This document shows, piece by piece, positions 24,752 through 33,437 of a stretch of 34,082 nucleotides of DNA. Position numbers and translations under genes: made by a program. Numbering within the stretch: the first letter of the stretch is position 1; each line of letters starts with the position of its first letter. This DNA is from a virus. Taxonomy: Duplodnaviria; Caudoviricetes. The notes under the pieces were generated by a model, which did no database searches, was not told the DNA's origin, and worked only from the letters and a program-made list of their open reading frames with translations. The stretch spans positions 1-34,082 of the IMG/VR virus record IMGVR_UViG_3300046705_000076, one strand, 5' to 3'.

Positions 24752-25175
24752 CTTCACCGCCACCCTCGTTGTGAGCCTGCTTGTAGGCGTCGATGACTTC
24801 CTGAGGCAGACGGCCACGGGCGGACACCTCGATGCCGGACTCGCGAGCCCAGGCGCGCACCACGGCCAGGGACGGCTCAGGTTCTGCCTGCACCGGACCT
24901 GTAGGTTCGGCGGGTTCATCGTGGCCCTGCGCCGCCTCAGTCACCGCAGGCACCTGCTCGCGCTGCACCGGCTGCTGCACCTGAGCGGGAGCCGGGCTCC
25001 ACTGTTCCGCAGCCTGATCGTTGCTCACCCACTTGGAGCACTCGTCCATCGCCTCCAGCAGCTTCTCCTGGCGGCGCCGGGCACGCTTGGGCTGGGAGGA
25101 CCGGGCAGCGGCCTCACCCGGAGTGGGCACCTTTGCGACGCGACCAGTGCGGGTATTGCGGTAGATGAGCGGCAT
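24744..25175 (-). CDS. Protein with C-terminal Lsr2 DNA-binding domain
   Basis: VRAWARESGIEVSARGRLPQEVIDAYKQAH matches the Lsr2 AT-hook domain. The N-terminus is not the Lsr2 dimerisation domain. AGGAG RBS before ATG 25175. Confidence 0.85.
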   Translation of the reverse strand: MPLIYRNTRTGRVAKVPTPGEAAARSSQPKRARRRQEKLLEAMDECSKWVSNDQAAEQWSPAPAQVQQPVQREQVPAVTEAAQGHDEPAEPTGPVQAEPEPSLAVVRAWARESGIEVSARGRLPQEVIDAYKQAHNEGGGEDA

Positions 25176-25177
25176 GA

Positions 25178-25606
25178 TCAATCTCCTGTATTTCCGCGGA
25201 AGGGGAACAAGTCGGCTTCGAGGAGAAGCCGCTCAGGCATGTCGCCTTCCAGCGTTATGGTGTCGATGAGAGTGCGGTCGACAGCGGCCAGAATCAGCCG
25301 CTCCTCTTCCGCTGTGGTGTAGATGGCCTGCCCTGCGGGGGCGGTGTAGGCGTAGTCAGCAATCCGCTCCGAGGACAGTCCGCGCGGGTTCTCGATGCCG
25401 CGGGTGACCATGGAGAACAGGACCGGGCGCAGCTCTGCGGGAAGATCCGCGCTGGTGTGATCCAAGTCGTCCAAGTCCGGGGCGGCGATACGGCGCACGA
25501 TCGCGGAGGCGTCGTCCAGATACGCCTCCACCTGCGCCTTCTTGACCCCGGTGAAGGATCGCCCCGCGCGGGCCTCGTATTGCTCTAGCGAAAGCAGGGA
25601 TGTCAT
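25178..25606 (-). CDS. Head-tail adaptor (connector) protein
   Basis: AYLDDASAIVR..V.RGIENPRGLSSERIADYAY..YTTAEE, actinophage adaptor pattern. Confidence 0.85.
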   Translation of the reverse strand: MTSLLSLEQYEARAGRSFTGVKKAQVEAYLDDASAIVRRIAAPDLDDLDHTSADLPAELRPVLFSMVTRGIENPRGLSSERIADYAYTAPAGQAIYTTAEEERLILAAVDRTLIDTITLEGDMPERLLLEADLFPFRGNTGD

Positions 25607-26091
25607 TTCGCTTGCTCACCCCACACCAATATGAAGTTGTACCGGTGGTCGGTGTCGCCGCCGCCAGCTTGCCGGAACACGATGCCTTCACCTTCGTCCA
25701 GGGTGAACAAACCCCAGTCGCGCATGATCTGCATTTCTTGCTGCGTCCCGGAAAAGCCGGTGACAGTCGATCCCTGGACCGGTGGCGCGTATCGGCCAAC
25801 CTCGGCACCCAAGGTGACGGACGGGTTCATAGTCCGCACTTCGGATGCAGAATCCGGATAGGACGTCTGGAACTTGTTGATTGCGCTCGCATTCTGGAGC
25901 GTTCCGTCGCTGGACGTGGTGATCCGGTTGACGCGGGTCGCCGTTGTCGATGTAGCTTCACCTGCCGCATACGGGATCACCTGAATGGAATGCAGCACGA
26001 GAACGACGCCGCTATCTTCAGGATTGAACAACGCGCAAAAGTTCCAAGCGGTGGTCTGCCCGGACGTGTCCGGCAGGGAGAAGCTGTACAT
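25603..26091 (-). CDS. Hypothetical virion protein (putative head decoration)
   Basis: GAGG RBS, ATGA-coupled to the adaptor, beta-rich. Confidence 0.6.
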   Translation of the reverse strand: MYSFSLPDTSGQTTAWNFCALFNPEDSGVVLVLHSIQVIPYAAGEATSTTATRVNRITTSSDGTLQNASAINKFQTSYPDSASEVRTMNPSVTLGAEVGRYAPPVQGSTVTGFSGTQQEMQIMRDWGLFTLDEGEGIVFRQAGGGDTDHRYNFILVWGEQAK

Positions 26092-26099
26092 GGCCTACC

Positions 26100-26501
26100 T
26101 CACGTGTGCGTCGCGGCGAGAAGAGCGGTCACGGTGGGGTCGGTGCCCCCTGTCAGGGCGGTCAGGTTGGCCCGGTAGAACCGGCCCCTGACCTCTGTGT
26201 TCGCGGCAGTGCCCGACACGGTGATGGCTGCCCCGGTGTCGAACCAGACCAAGCCGTCCACGGAGGTCTCCAAAGTGACGTCGAAAGACGTGGGCGATCC
26301 GGTCGTGGCGACCATTACCGTCGCCCCGCCAATCACTTGGCCTGCATCCAGTGCCGCTCCCGGCCCCGTGGCCGTGGCGGCATCCAGGCTGGTGGCCGGA
26401 TCGATTGACCTGGTCACCGACTGAGTCAGCATTTCTCCTGCTGCGGTGACTTCCAACCGGTTGAAACTCTCGCCTTCGATCCCAACCCATTGCCACATCA
26501 C
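26100..26501 (-). CDS. Thr/Ala/Gly-rich hypothetical virion protein (putative head decoration or fibre)
   Basis: GTGA coupling; LETSVDGLVWF and RFYRANLT beta-sandwich-like motifs. Confidence 0.65.
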   Translation of the reverse strand: MMWQWVGIEGESFNRLEVTAAGEMLTQSVTRSIDPATSLDAATATGPGAALDAGQVIGGATVMVATTGSPTSFDVTLETSVDGLVWFDTGAAITVSGTAANTEVRGRFYRANLTALTGGTDPTVTALLAATHT

Positions 26502-26881
26502 TTCACCCGGATCGCGCAGATGTAGCCGTTGTGGACAATTCCAGAACCCTCAGCCGCGACGATCTGCATCGATACAGTGTCAGTGCCGTTGAGATTGGCG
26601 TGAGTGATGATGTCAAACTGCTGGCCTTTTTCGGGCAGGGTGAACATACGTCCCATCGATGTTGCCCCGTGGAACAGTTCGACGTTGTTGAATCGAACTG
26701 CCGGTGCACCAGCGTTCGGCCCCATCCCATAGTTGAAGTCGATGCGGTAGTAGCCCGCCGGTAGCGGGCCGAGGCTCACCAGTTCCTGACCCGCCACCGC
26801 GTCCACAAGCGGGTTTGCGGAGATGACGCAGTCGTCACCGAAGAACTGCAAAATTCGCGTGAATCCGTCCTTCTGGGACAT
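26498..26881 (-). CDS. Hypothetical virion protein (putative head decoration)
   Basis: GGAGGTGG RBS before ATG 26881; directly after the capsid gene. Confidence 0.65.
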   Translation of the reverse strand: MSQKDGFTRILQFFGDDCVISANPLVDAVAGQELVSLGPLPAGYYRIDFNYGMGPNAGAPAVRFNNVELFHGATSMGRMFTLPEKGQQFDIITHANLNGTDTVSMQIVAAEGSGIVHNGYICAIRVK

Positions 26882-26935
26882 GCGGGCCACCTCCCTACTG
26901 CGGTCGACTTACGGAGCTACGGGGCAGATGCGGCC

Positions 26936-27799
26936 TTACGACTCGTCGTCCTGGCCGAGGACCACGACCCGGTCGGCGTCGACGAGCTCCGCGCCCACGA
27001 ACACCGACAGCACCGACTCGGTTTCGAGGTTGACTCCGGCCTGGAACACGTGGCGGACGCCGATTCCCTCCTCGCTGATGACCGCGGAGTCGATGGTGCC
27101 GGGGATCTCCACCGGGGTCAGGGACGCGAAAGCGAACGCGCTGGTGTGGTAGGCGAGCGCCTTGAACCCGGTCAGACGCGGGTTCTTGACGACGGTCAGG
27201 CCGCGGTACTCGCCGAGGATGCCCTGGCGTAGCGCCTCGGTGGCGACCTCGCCCTGGTAGTCGGTCAGGCTGGCGCCGTTGGGGCTGGTGAGCCGGGCCG
27301 CGAACTGCGGGGACACGGCCAGCCACCGTTCGTCCATCGGGTTCTCGGCCTCGTCCAGGTCCGCCACAGCGTTGGCGACCTCGTTGTCCAGGTCGGAGCC
27401 GTCCAGCGCCACGAGCCGGTCCACCGGCAGCGTGTTCATGACCTCGGCCAGCTGCAACTCGGCGCCGCCGACCACGGACCGCACCTGAGATCGGGTGACC
27501 TGCCGTCCGAAGTCCACGATGTCCAGGTTGAGTTCGTGAACGGTGATGCGGGTGGCGTCGTACACGTGATCGACGACGAACTCGACTTCGTTCTCCTCGA
27601 TGTCGTCGAACACCAGGGGGTCGCCGCGGCCCTGGATGCGGGCGGTACGCGGCACCGGGACGCGCAGCACGGTCGTACCGCCCGAGGGCGGCGCCAGGTC
27701 GGAGGTGGGGACCTGGGAGACGGTGCGGGTCAGGGACAGCTCAGCGGAGAGCAGATCGACCGCGAGGGTCGAGATCGTCTCCGAGGTCACGAATGCCAT
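26936..27799 (-). CDS. Major capsid protein (P22-coat-like actinophage type)
   Basis: 287 aa after the scaffold; RWLAVSP, LRQGILGEYRGL.V and AYHTSAFAFAS motifs. Ends GQDDES. Confidence 0.9.
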   Translation of the reverse strand: MAFVTSETISTLAVDLLSAELSLTRTVSQVPTSDLAPPSGGTTVLRVPVPRTARIQGRGDPLVFDDIEENEVEFVVDHVYDATRITVHELNLDIVDFGRQVTRSQVRSVVGGAELQLAEVMNTLPVDRLVALDGSDLDNEVANAVADLDEAENPMDERWLAVSPQFAARLTSPNGASLTDYQGEVATEALRQGILGEYRGLTVVKNPRLTGFKALAYHTSAFAFASLTPVEIPGTIDSAVISEEGIGVRHVFQAGVNLETESVLSVFVGAELVDADRVVVLGQDDES

Positions 27800-27843
27800 G
27801 GACCATTCCTCTATCTAGGCGCCCACGGCACGCGTGGGGCGGT

Positions 27844-28476
27844 TTACTTGCCGCGCCTGCTGAGGACAGCGGCCACAACGTCCTCGCGGGACATCCCGGA
27901 CTTGCCGTTCTCAGCGCCAGAGCGCAGCTTCTCCTTGGGTTTGGCCGGCGCGGGCTTGGCCGGGGCCTTGGGCTTGTGCTTTTCGGCTTCGGCGTCGGCC
28001 CATTCCTTGAGCGCTTCGGCCTGTGCGGTCAGGTCGTCGTCGGTGGTGGCGGTGAGCAGTTCGACGGGAACACCGGTGGTGCGAGCCACCTCGGAGCGCA
28101 TCGCGCGGAGCTTGGAGGTCTCGTTCTCGGCCTGGAGGTGCTTGACCTGCTCGGCGAGCTTTTCCAGCTCGGTTTTGCCGAGGTCTTCTGATTCCTGGAG
28201 CCGCTGGGCGGCTTCGGCGTTGCGGGCTGCTTCGGCGCGGACCTTCTTCAGCTGCTGTTCGGCTTCGCGCCGCGCCCGGCGTTCGGCTTCCAGGGCCCGC
28301 TTCCCGGCGTCACCGAGCGAGTCGGTGGGCTGGGGTTCTCCGGTCGGTGTCGCACCGTCGGGGCCACTGGTGTCGTCGCTGTCAGCGGCGCCGGTGTCGG
28401 TGGTGGGTTCGGTGACTTCGGTGTCGGCCTGTTCCTCGGGCGTCGCGCCCTCGATGCCGGTGGTGGTGTCGGCCAT
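27844..28476 (-). CDS. Capsid scaffolding protein
   Basis: AAGGAGG RBS; acidic N-terminus; LGDAGKRALEAERRARREAE coiled coil; KTELEK and GVPVELL motifs. Confidence 0.88.
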   Translation of the reverse strand: MADTTTGIEGATPEEQADTEVTEPTTDTGAADSDDTSGPDGATPTGEPQPTDSLGDAGKRALEAERRARREAEQQLKKVRAEAARNAEAAQRLQESEDLGKTELEKLAEQVKHLQAENETSKLRAMRSEVARTTGVPVELLTATTDDDLTAQAEALKEWADAEAEKHKPKAPAKPAPAKPKEKLRSGAENGKSGMSREDVVAAVLSRRGK

Positions 28477-28688
28477 CGCGGCCTCCTTCGTGTGGTGTGT
28501 GGCCCGCCATCGCGGCGGGTCCGTCCTATTAGCGTTCAACGGAGCGGGTGCAGTAAGGAATCAGTTTTGCCATTCGCAGAATACACCGGGAAAAGGCAGA
28601 GAAACCACTCTGGCCTGCTTTAACACGGCTGTCACTTTTGTTATGCGCGCGCGTCTCTTTTTCTCCGCAAAATGGTTATCCGCATGAA

Positions 28689-28724
28689 CACAAATGATGT
28701 TTGTGCCTCACATGCGCGTATCAT
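28689..28724 (+). promoter_or_regulatory. Putative operator (CACAAA-N5-TTTGTG) and -10 box (TATCAT) for the XRE gene
   Basis: Inverted repeat at 28689-28705 over the expected -35 position; TATCAT at 28719-28724, in an AT-rich gap. Confidence 0.5.
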
Positions 28725-28756
28725 CCGATCAAGGCTCGAACCACAGGGAGGCCACG

Positions 28757-29041
28757 GTGACCCACGGGGTACTCGACACGGCACAAGCCGCCACCGCGCT
28801 CGCCGACAAAGTGCGCGCCTCCAAACTCCCGCCACCCGAAGAGCGCGCCCGCATCCGCCGCGCCGCACGCGCCACACTGCGCGACTTCGCTGATGTGCTC
28901 GGCGTCAACGCCATGACCGTCTGCCGGTGGGAGGCAGGATCCGTACAGCCACGCCTGGAGCACGCCATCGCCTACCGTCGGCTGCTCGATCAGATCCGAG
29001 CAGCCACAGACGAATCTGCCTCGGGCAGTTCCGGCATCTGA
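28757..29041 (+). CDS. XRE-family HTH transcriptional regulator
   Basis: GGGAGG RBS before GTG 28757; RARIRRAARATLRDFADVLGVNAMTVCRWEAGSVQP. Confidence 0.85.
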   Translation: MTHGVLDTAQAATALADKVRASKLPPPEERARIRRAARATLRDFADVLGVNAMTVCRWEAGSVQPRLEHAIAYRRLLDQIRAATDESASGSSGI

Positions 29042-30381
29042 TCCTGCTCCGCTGCGCCTTCTGGTTCTGAGTCCAGATCAGGCTCTTGCTCCTCGGCGCC
29101 GGTGAGCCCGGAAGCGGACTTGATCTCCTCGATGTCAGCGGCGGTGAACGGCAGGTGCTCCCACAGGGCTTGTGGTGGCACGCTCAGCTTCTCGGCCATG
29201 GTGCCGAGCATGTCAACGAGCCGGATCGCACGCAGATCCATGGGCGGCTGCCAGCGCACGCGCGCCATCGGATCCAGCGGCACGTCTACGAGCGTCCCGG
29301 CCTGTCCGAGTAGCTGCTCGTGGGATTCGCCCACGACGATCTGGCGTTCCCTGAGTTTGCGCGCGTTGGACTCTCGGGATTCGACCAGTGCCTCAGCGGC
29401 CAGGTTCGCGACGATCCCTGTCAGCTCCTGCACGGGAGTCTGGCTGAGCGTGGACATCAGCCGGATGAGCGCGTCGGTGGACTGCATGAACCCGTCCAGC
29501 TGTGTTTGGGAGAACTCCTCCAGGTGGACGTCATCGGGGTGGGCGTTCAGCGTCATCATGGTGTTCGCGGAGTTCTTGACCAGTTTGGCTTCGAGCTCTT
29601 TGACCATCCTGGCGATGACCACCCGCCGCCCGTGCGCCCCGTAGTGCTGGGCGACGAGCAGGTGGAACGTGGTGAGGTTGAGCCTGTCCTGGAGCGGGAA
29701 CAGTGGTTCGACGTCCCCGCGGATCGGGTCGTCCAGGTCCTCGTCCGCCACATACCGGACCACGGGGGTGACGTCCTGGTCGTGGGGTGCGGTCGTGTCG
29801 GGGATCAGGTCGAAGACGACGTTGCGCCGCTGCCCGTCGACGCTGCGGGTCCGGCGTTTCCCGCGCTTGAGGTCATAGGTGTGCGTGTCGTCGTACAGCC
29901 GCCACACCCCGTCGTCGCGCTGTTCGAGGGCGAACCGCGGCCAGTCGGGGTCGTCGCCGAACGCGGAGGTCATCTTGTGCGGGGAGACGGGCCGAAGCAC
30001 CGGGACATCGTCCTGTCCGGGCATGATCGTGGCGTAGGCGACACCGAACTGCGCAGCGGACTTGTGGACGCCGATCTGCTTGCGGTCCCAGCGGTTGCGC
30101 TGCCAGATCCCGTTGAGGGCTTTGGTGTTGTCCTCATCGTCGGTGACGATGCCGTCCAAAAACATCTGCTGCGTGGTCGCCTTCACGACCAGGGGCAGGA
30201 TCGGCACCCGCGCCATCTGCGCGAGCGCCTGCAACTCGCGGGGAGCACCCAGCGGCAACCACACGAGCTTCTGTTCGTTGTTGAGGTAGTCGCGGATACG
30301 GTCGAGCCGTTTGCGGTCGCGGTTGGCCATCTCGTGCAGGTCGGACGCGGCTTCTTCGGCCTCGCTCGGGCTCAGTACCAC
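28990..30381 (-). CDS. Portal protein (SPP1 gp6-like)
   Basis: Follows terL. IWQRNRWDRKQ..H..A..FG.AY and TPVVRY..GDVEPLFPLQDRLN motifs. AGGAG RBS before GTG 30381. Confidence 0.92.
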   Translation of the reverse strand: MVLSPSEAEEAASDLHEMANRDRKRLDRIRDYLNNEQKLVWLPLGAPRELQALAQMARVPILPLVVKATTQQMFLDGIVTDDEDNTKALNGIWQRNRWDRKQIGVHKSAAQFGVAYATIMPGQDDVPVLRPVSPHKMTSAFGDDPDWPRFALEQRDDGVWRLYDDTHTYDLKRGKRRTRSVDGQRRNVVFDLIPDTTAPHDQDVTPVVRYVADEDLDDPIRGDVEPLFPLQDRLNLTTFHLLVAQHYGAHGRRVVIARMVKELEAKLVKNSANTMMTLNAHPDDVHLEEFSQTQLDGFMQSTDALIRLMSTLSQTPVQELTGIVANLAAEALVESRESNARKLRERQIVVGESHEQLLGQAGTLVDVPLDPMARVRWQPPMDLRAIRLVDMLGTMAEKLSVPPQALWEHLPFTAADIEEIKSASGLTGAEEQEPDLDSEPEGAAEQDQMPELPEADSSVAARI

Positions 30382-30563
30382 CGGTGACACTCCTGGAAGC
30401 GCGAAACGCCGAGCCAAGAAGACAAGGCCCGTCCGGCGGGTCTGGTCTGCTCGGTCGGCGTCGCGCTCTACCGTTCGCCCCTGCCTGCCCTCTCAGCCGT
30501 CGCGGCTGACAGAAGGCCCCTGGGGGTTAGCTGCCCGGTGTTCAGTTGATATGGCCAGCGTAC

Positions 30564-31895
30564 TCACCAGCCGATACCGCCCACATCCGTGATGCCCTGG
30601 GACTCACCTAGCCCGTCCACATGCGCGACGAGATACCTCGTCCCATCGCAACCATGGTCATTAGTCTTGAGCGGCTGCTCCTTGGCCTCCTTGCCGCGCC
30701 CGGTGTCCCAGATATAGCCGGGGATCTCCTCCACCGTGCACGTGGGTTTCTTCGCCGCGGCGAGTTCGGGGTCGCGTTCGATCAGCGCGCCGCGGAAGAA
30801 GAACATCCGCGGTTTTCCGTCCCCCGCAGGTTTGAGGCGACGCTGCACTGCCTGAATTCCGTCGGCGACAGTCTTGTGCGCCGCGGTGGTGTCCATTCCC
30901 AGGTCGCGTTCGAGGACGGCGCGGGCTTCGGCGTCGTGGTCGCAAACGATCGCCGTGGGTTTCGGTTCCGTCCACGCCCCGGCCCGGTCGGTCATCTGGG
31001 AGAGGATGACCCGTGCGTGTTCGTCCACGGTGCGTCGGGTGTGATACAGCTCCCGGAACATGTACAACCGGCCGTCCGGGTCCTGAGTCCACCACTGGGC
31101 CAAGAAAGGGTTTGTGAACCCCATGTCGATGGAGATGAACGTCGGCCAGGAGTCGGGGATCGGGAACGGGTCGATGACGTGGACGGCCTCGTCGAACTCG
31201 GTGTAGATGGCGCCCTCGGCGAGCGCCCATGCCCCGTCGATGAACCTGCGGTACCACAGGCCGGTGTACTGCTGCTTGAGCCGGGCCACGTACTCGGAGG
31301 TGAGCGAGGGGTTGTCGTCGAGGCGGAACTCCCAGTGGCGTAGTCCGACCTCGTGGGCGCGGAGGATGAAGTCCTTGCGAAGCCAGTGTTGGGGGCCGTC
31401 TGGGTTGGTGGTGGCGAACAGCCGCGCCCCGGGCACCCGCAACCGGCTAAGGAGCATCATCCAGAACGGTTGCGGCACGAGCGTGGCCTCATCGACGTAG
31501 GCCAATGCGATCGTGGACCCGCGGATACGCCCCTCGGAGCGGGCGTCGTGCGCGCCGATCAGGTGCACGGTACGCCCGTTGATGACCGCGGTGGACGACC
31601 CGGGAGTGTGGTGGATAGCGGCCCACCCGGCGAACAGGTGGTTCTCCTGCAACGGGTCGAGGACGTTGCGTTCGATGGTCTGCAACGTGCGGCCCACGAT
31701 GACAATGAGGCCGCGGTCGGGCGGGTTCGCGAGCCGGATCAGGAACGCGACCAGTGACGCGATGGTCTTCCCCGAAGAGACGGCACCTGACCACAACGCG
31801 ATCTGCGGAACGGTCTGCGCCTCGTGGATGGACCGGATCTGTTTGGCGCTGAACAGGCGCAGCGCCGCAGGCAGGTCCATGACGGGGGCTCTCAT
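30564..31895 (-). CDS. terL: Terminase large subunit (PBSX-like)
   Basis: Walker A GAVSSGKT, Walker B AYVDEA, TTNPDGPQHW, SIDMGFTNP nuclease, NDHGCDGTRY. Confidence 0.96.
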   Translation of the reverse strand: MRAPVMDLPAALRLFSAKQIRSIHEAQTVPQIALWSGAVSSGKTIASLVAFLIRLANPPDRGLIVIVGRTLQTIERNVLDPLQENHLFAGWAAIHHTPGSSTAVINGRTVHLIGAHDARSEGRIRGSTIALAYVDEATLVPQPFWMMLLSRLRVPGARLFATTNPDGPQHWLRKDFILRAHEVGLRHWEFRLDDNPSLTSEYVARLKQQYTGLWYRRFIDGAWALAEGAIYTEFDEAVHVIDPFPIPDSWPTFISIDMGFTNPFLAQWWTQDPDGRLYMFRELYHTRRTVDEHARVILSQMTDRAGAWTEPKPTAIVCDHDAEARAVLERDLGMDTTAAHKTVADGIQAVQRRLKPAGDGKPRMFFFRGALIERDPELAAAKKPTCTVEEIPGYIWDTGRGKEAKEQPLKTNDHGCDGTRYLVAHVDGLGESQGITDVGGIGW

Positions 31896-32425
31896 CCGCC
31901 CGCAGGAGTGTCGTGCTCAGAGCCCAACTGTTCCGCTGCCATACCGAGTGCGTGGCCGAGTTCGCTGAGGAGGGAGCGTGCGCGCACGGCGTCGCCATCG
32001 CCCTTGCCGTCGTGGCGTTCAGCGGCGAGGTGCTTGTCGAACGCGGTCGCTGCGGCCACGATCAGGTTCCGCTTCTCCGCTGGGGGCGGGGCACGGAGTT
32101 CGTGCTCGGCGTAGGTGTTGTCCTTGCCGCCGAAGTTGAACGCGATGTGCGGTCGGTGGAGTTCGTCGAGGAGATGGTTGGCCTCGTCGAGGAACCGCTG
32201 TGAGGTGGCGGCTCGGAGGGCGGCGCAGTCAGCGCGGCGGGCTATGGTCGCGTTTTCTGTGCGTGATCGTTCAAATGCGTCTGCGCTGTCGGTTTCTTTG
32301 GCGATGTTGGAGACGGTTCCGATGCTGACGCCGTGGTCGCGCGCGATGGCCCGTGCGCTCTTGTGGCCTGCGTGGATGTCTTCGAGGATGGCGGCGCGCA
32401 CGTGGTCTGGGATTCGTTTGGGCAT
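31892..32425 (-). CDS. terS: Terminase small subunit
   Basis: N-terminal HTH (SARAIARDHGVSIGTVSNIA); ATGA-coupled to terL; GGAGG RBS. Confidence 0.85.
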   Translation of the reverse strand: MPKRIPDHVRAAILEDIHAGHKSARAIARDHGVSIGTVSNIAKETDSADAFERSRTENATIARRADCAALRAATSQRFLDEANHLLDELHRPHIAFNFGGKDNTYAEHELRAPPPAEKRNLIVAAATAFDKHLAAERHDGKGDGDAVRARSLLSELGHALGMAAEQLGSEHDTPAGG

Positions 32426-32463
32426 GTGGGCCTCCGTCCTCTGGTGTTCAGTTTAACGTTTGG

Positions 32464-33216
32464 TTATCTGCGGAGTGCTCGTCCGATGGGTCCGGTTCTG
32501 ATGACCTCTGTGAAGCATCTGCACTGCCAGTGGGCTGGTGGTTGTCCTCCGGTGCCTTGCCATTCTGCGGTGTCGGATTCGAAGCCGCGTTGTGAGGCGA
32601 TCACTTGTCCGTTGAGGGGTCGGCAGATGGGGCACACCCTCTCGTCGGCTCTGGTGAACCACTTCAGGTCGTATTGGAACAACTGTGCGTACCAGCGGCG
32701 GCCTCGGTTGAACGCGTCGGTGATCCTCGTGGTGACGGTTCGCCATAGCCGTTCGGCGGTTTGGAGGACGCGTTCGAGCATGTTGGGTTCGGGTGGGCTG
32801 GTTTCTACTCGGAGGCCGCTGCTGGTGATGATGAAGCGGACGTCCTTCCTGAGGTCCATGTTGGCGGTGAGGTTCTGAACGTCGGTGTCGCCGATGTGGG
32901 GGTTGAAGCCGCCTCGTCCGTGGCGTGGGTCGTCTTCGCCTGGTGGTGGGGCTTCTTTGACGGCGTTGTCGACGCCGATGCGGACGGCGTCGTGTACGGC
33001 TCGGGTGGTGGTTTCGGTGAGGGCGGCGCGGGCTTCGCGGATCTTCTTGAGGACGCGGTTGTTGCGGCGGGTGGTGTCGGCGGGTGTGCGGGTGTTGCGT
33101 CGTGCTTCGCGGCGTGCGGGGTCGAGGTGGCGGTCGATGGCGGCGCGGGTTTGTGCTTCGAGCCGGTCGAGTTCGGGGGTGTCGCCTTCGGAGGGTTCGG
33201 GGAGCGGTGTGGTCAT
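32464..33216 (-). CDS. MuF / SPP1 gp7-like minor head protein
   Basis: KWFTRADERVCPIC..LNG..PPAHWQCRC signature. Confidence 0.8.
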   Translation of the reverse strand: MTTPLPEPSEGDTPELDRLEAQTRAAIDRHLDPARREARRNTRTPADTTRRNNRVLKKIREARAALTETTTRAVHDAVRIGVDNAVKEAPPPGEDDPRHGRGGFNPHIGDTDVQNLTANMDLRKDVRFIITSSGLRVETSPPEPNMLERVLQTAERLWRTVTTRITDAFNRGRRWYAQLFQYDLKWFTRADERVCPICRPLNGQVIASQRGFESDTAEWQGTGGQPPAHWQCRCFTEVIRTGPIGRALRR

Positions 33217-33437
33217 GTGTCCTCCGCTTCTCGGGTGGTCTCTCCGAGGTTGATGCCGCCGTTCCCGGGGCCGATGCTCCAGTGCCGTTCGCAGCGGTCA
33301 CAGCGGACGCTGATGGGTGCGTGGTCGCCGCCGAAGGTGCGGGTGTCGAGGAGTGTCAGGTCGTGGCCGTCGGCGCGGCACTCTTGGTGGGCGGGTTCTT
33401 CGCGGGCTTGATCGAGGATGTAGGTGGGTTCACTCAT
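33213..33437 (-). CDS. Small Cys/His hypothetical protein
   Basis: ATGA overlaps on both sides; ECRADGH..CDRC. Confidence 0.65.
   Translation of the reverse strand: MSEPTYILDQAREEPAHQECRADGHDLTLLDTRTFGGDHAPISVRCDRCERHWSIGPGNGGINLGETTREAEDT

Noticed and set aside
26095-26496. Alternative 133-aa minus-strand ORF overlapping 26100..26501
   Set aside because: Arg/His/Gly-rich off-frame composition. The 26100..26501 frame has normal codon bias and GTGA coupling.
30564-31895. Intein or intron in the terminase
   Set aside because: Normal length with contiguous motifs and no splice-junction signature.
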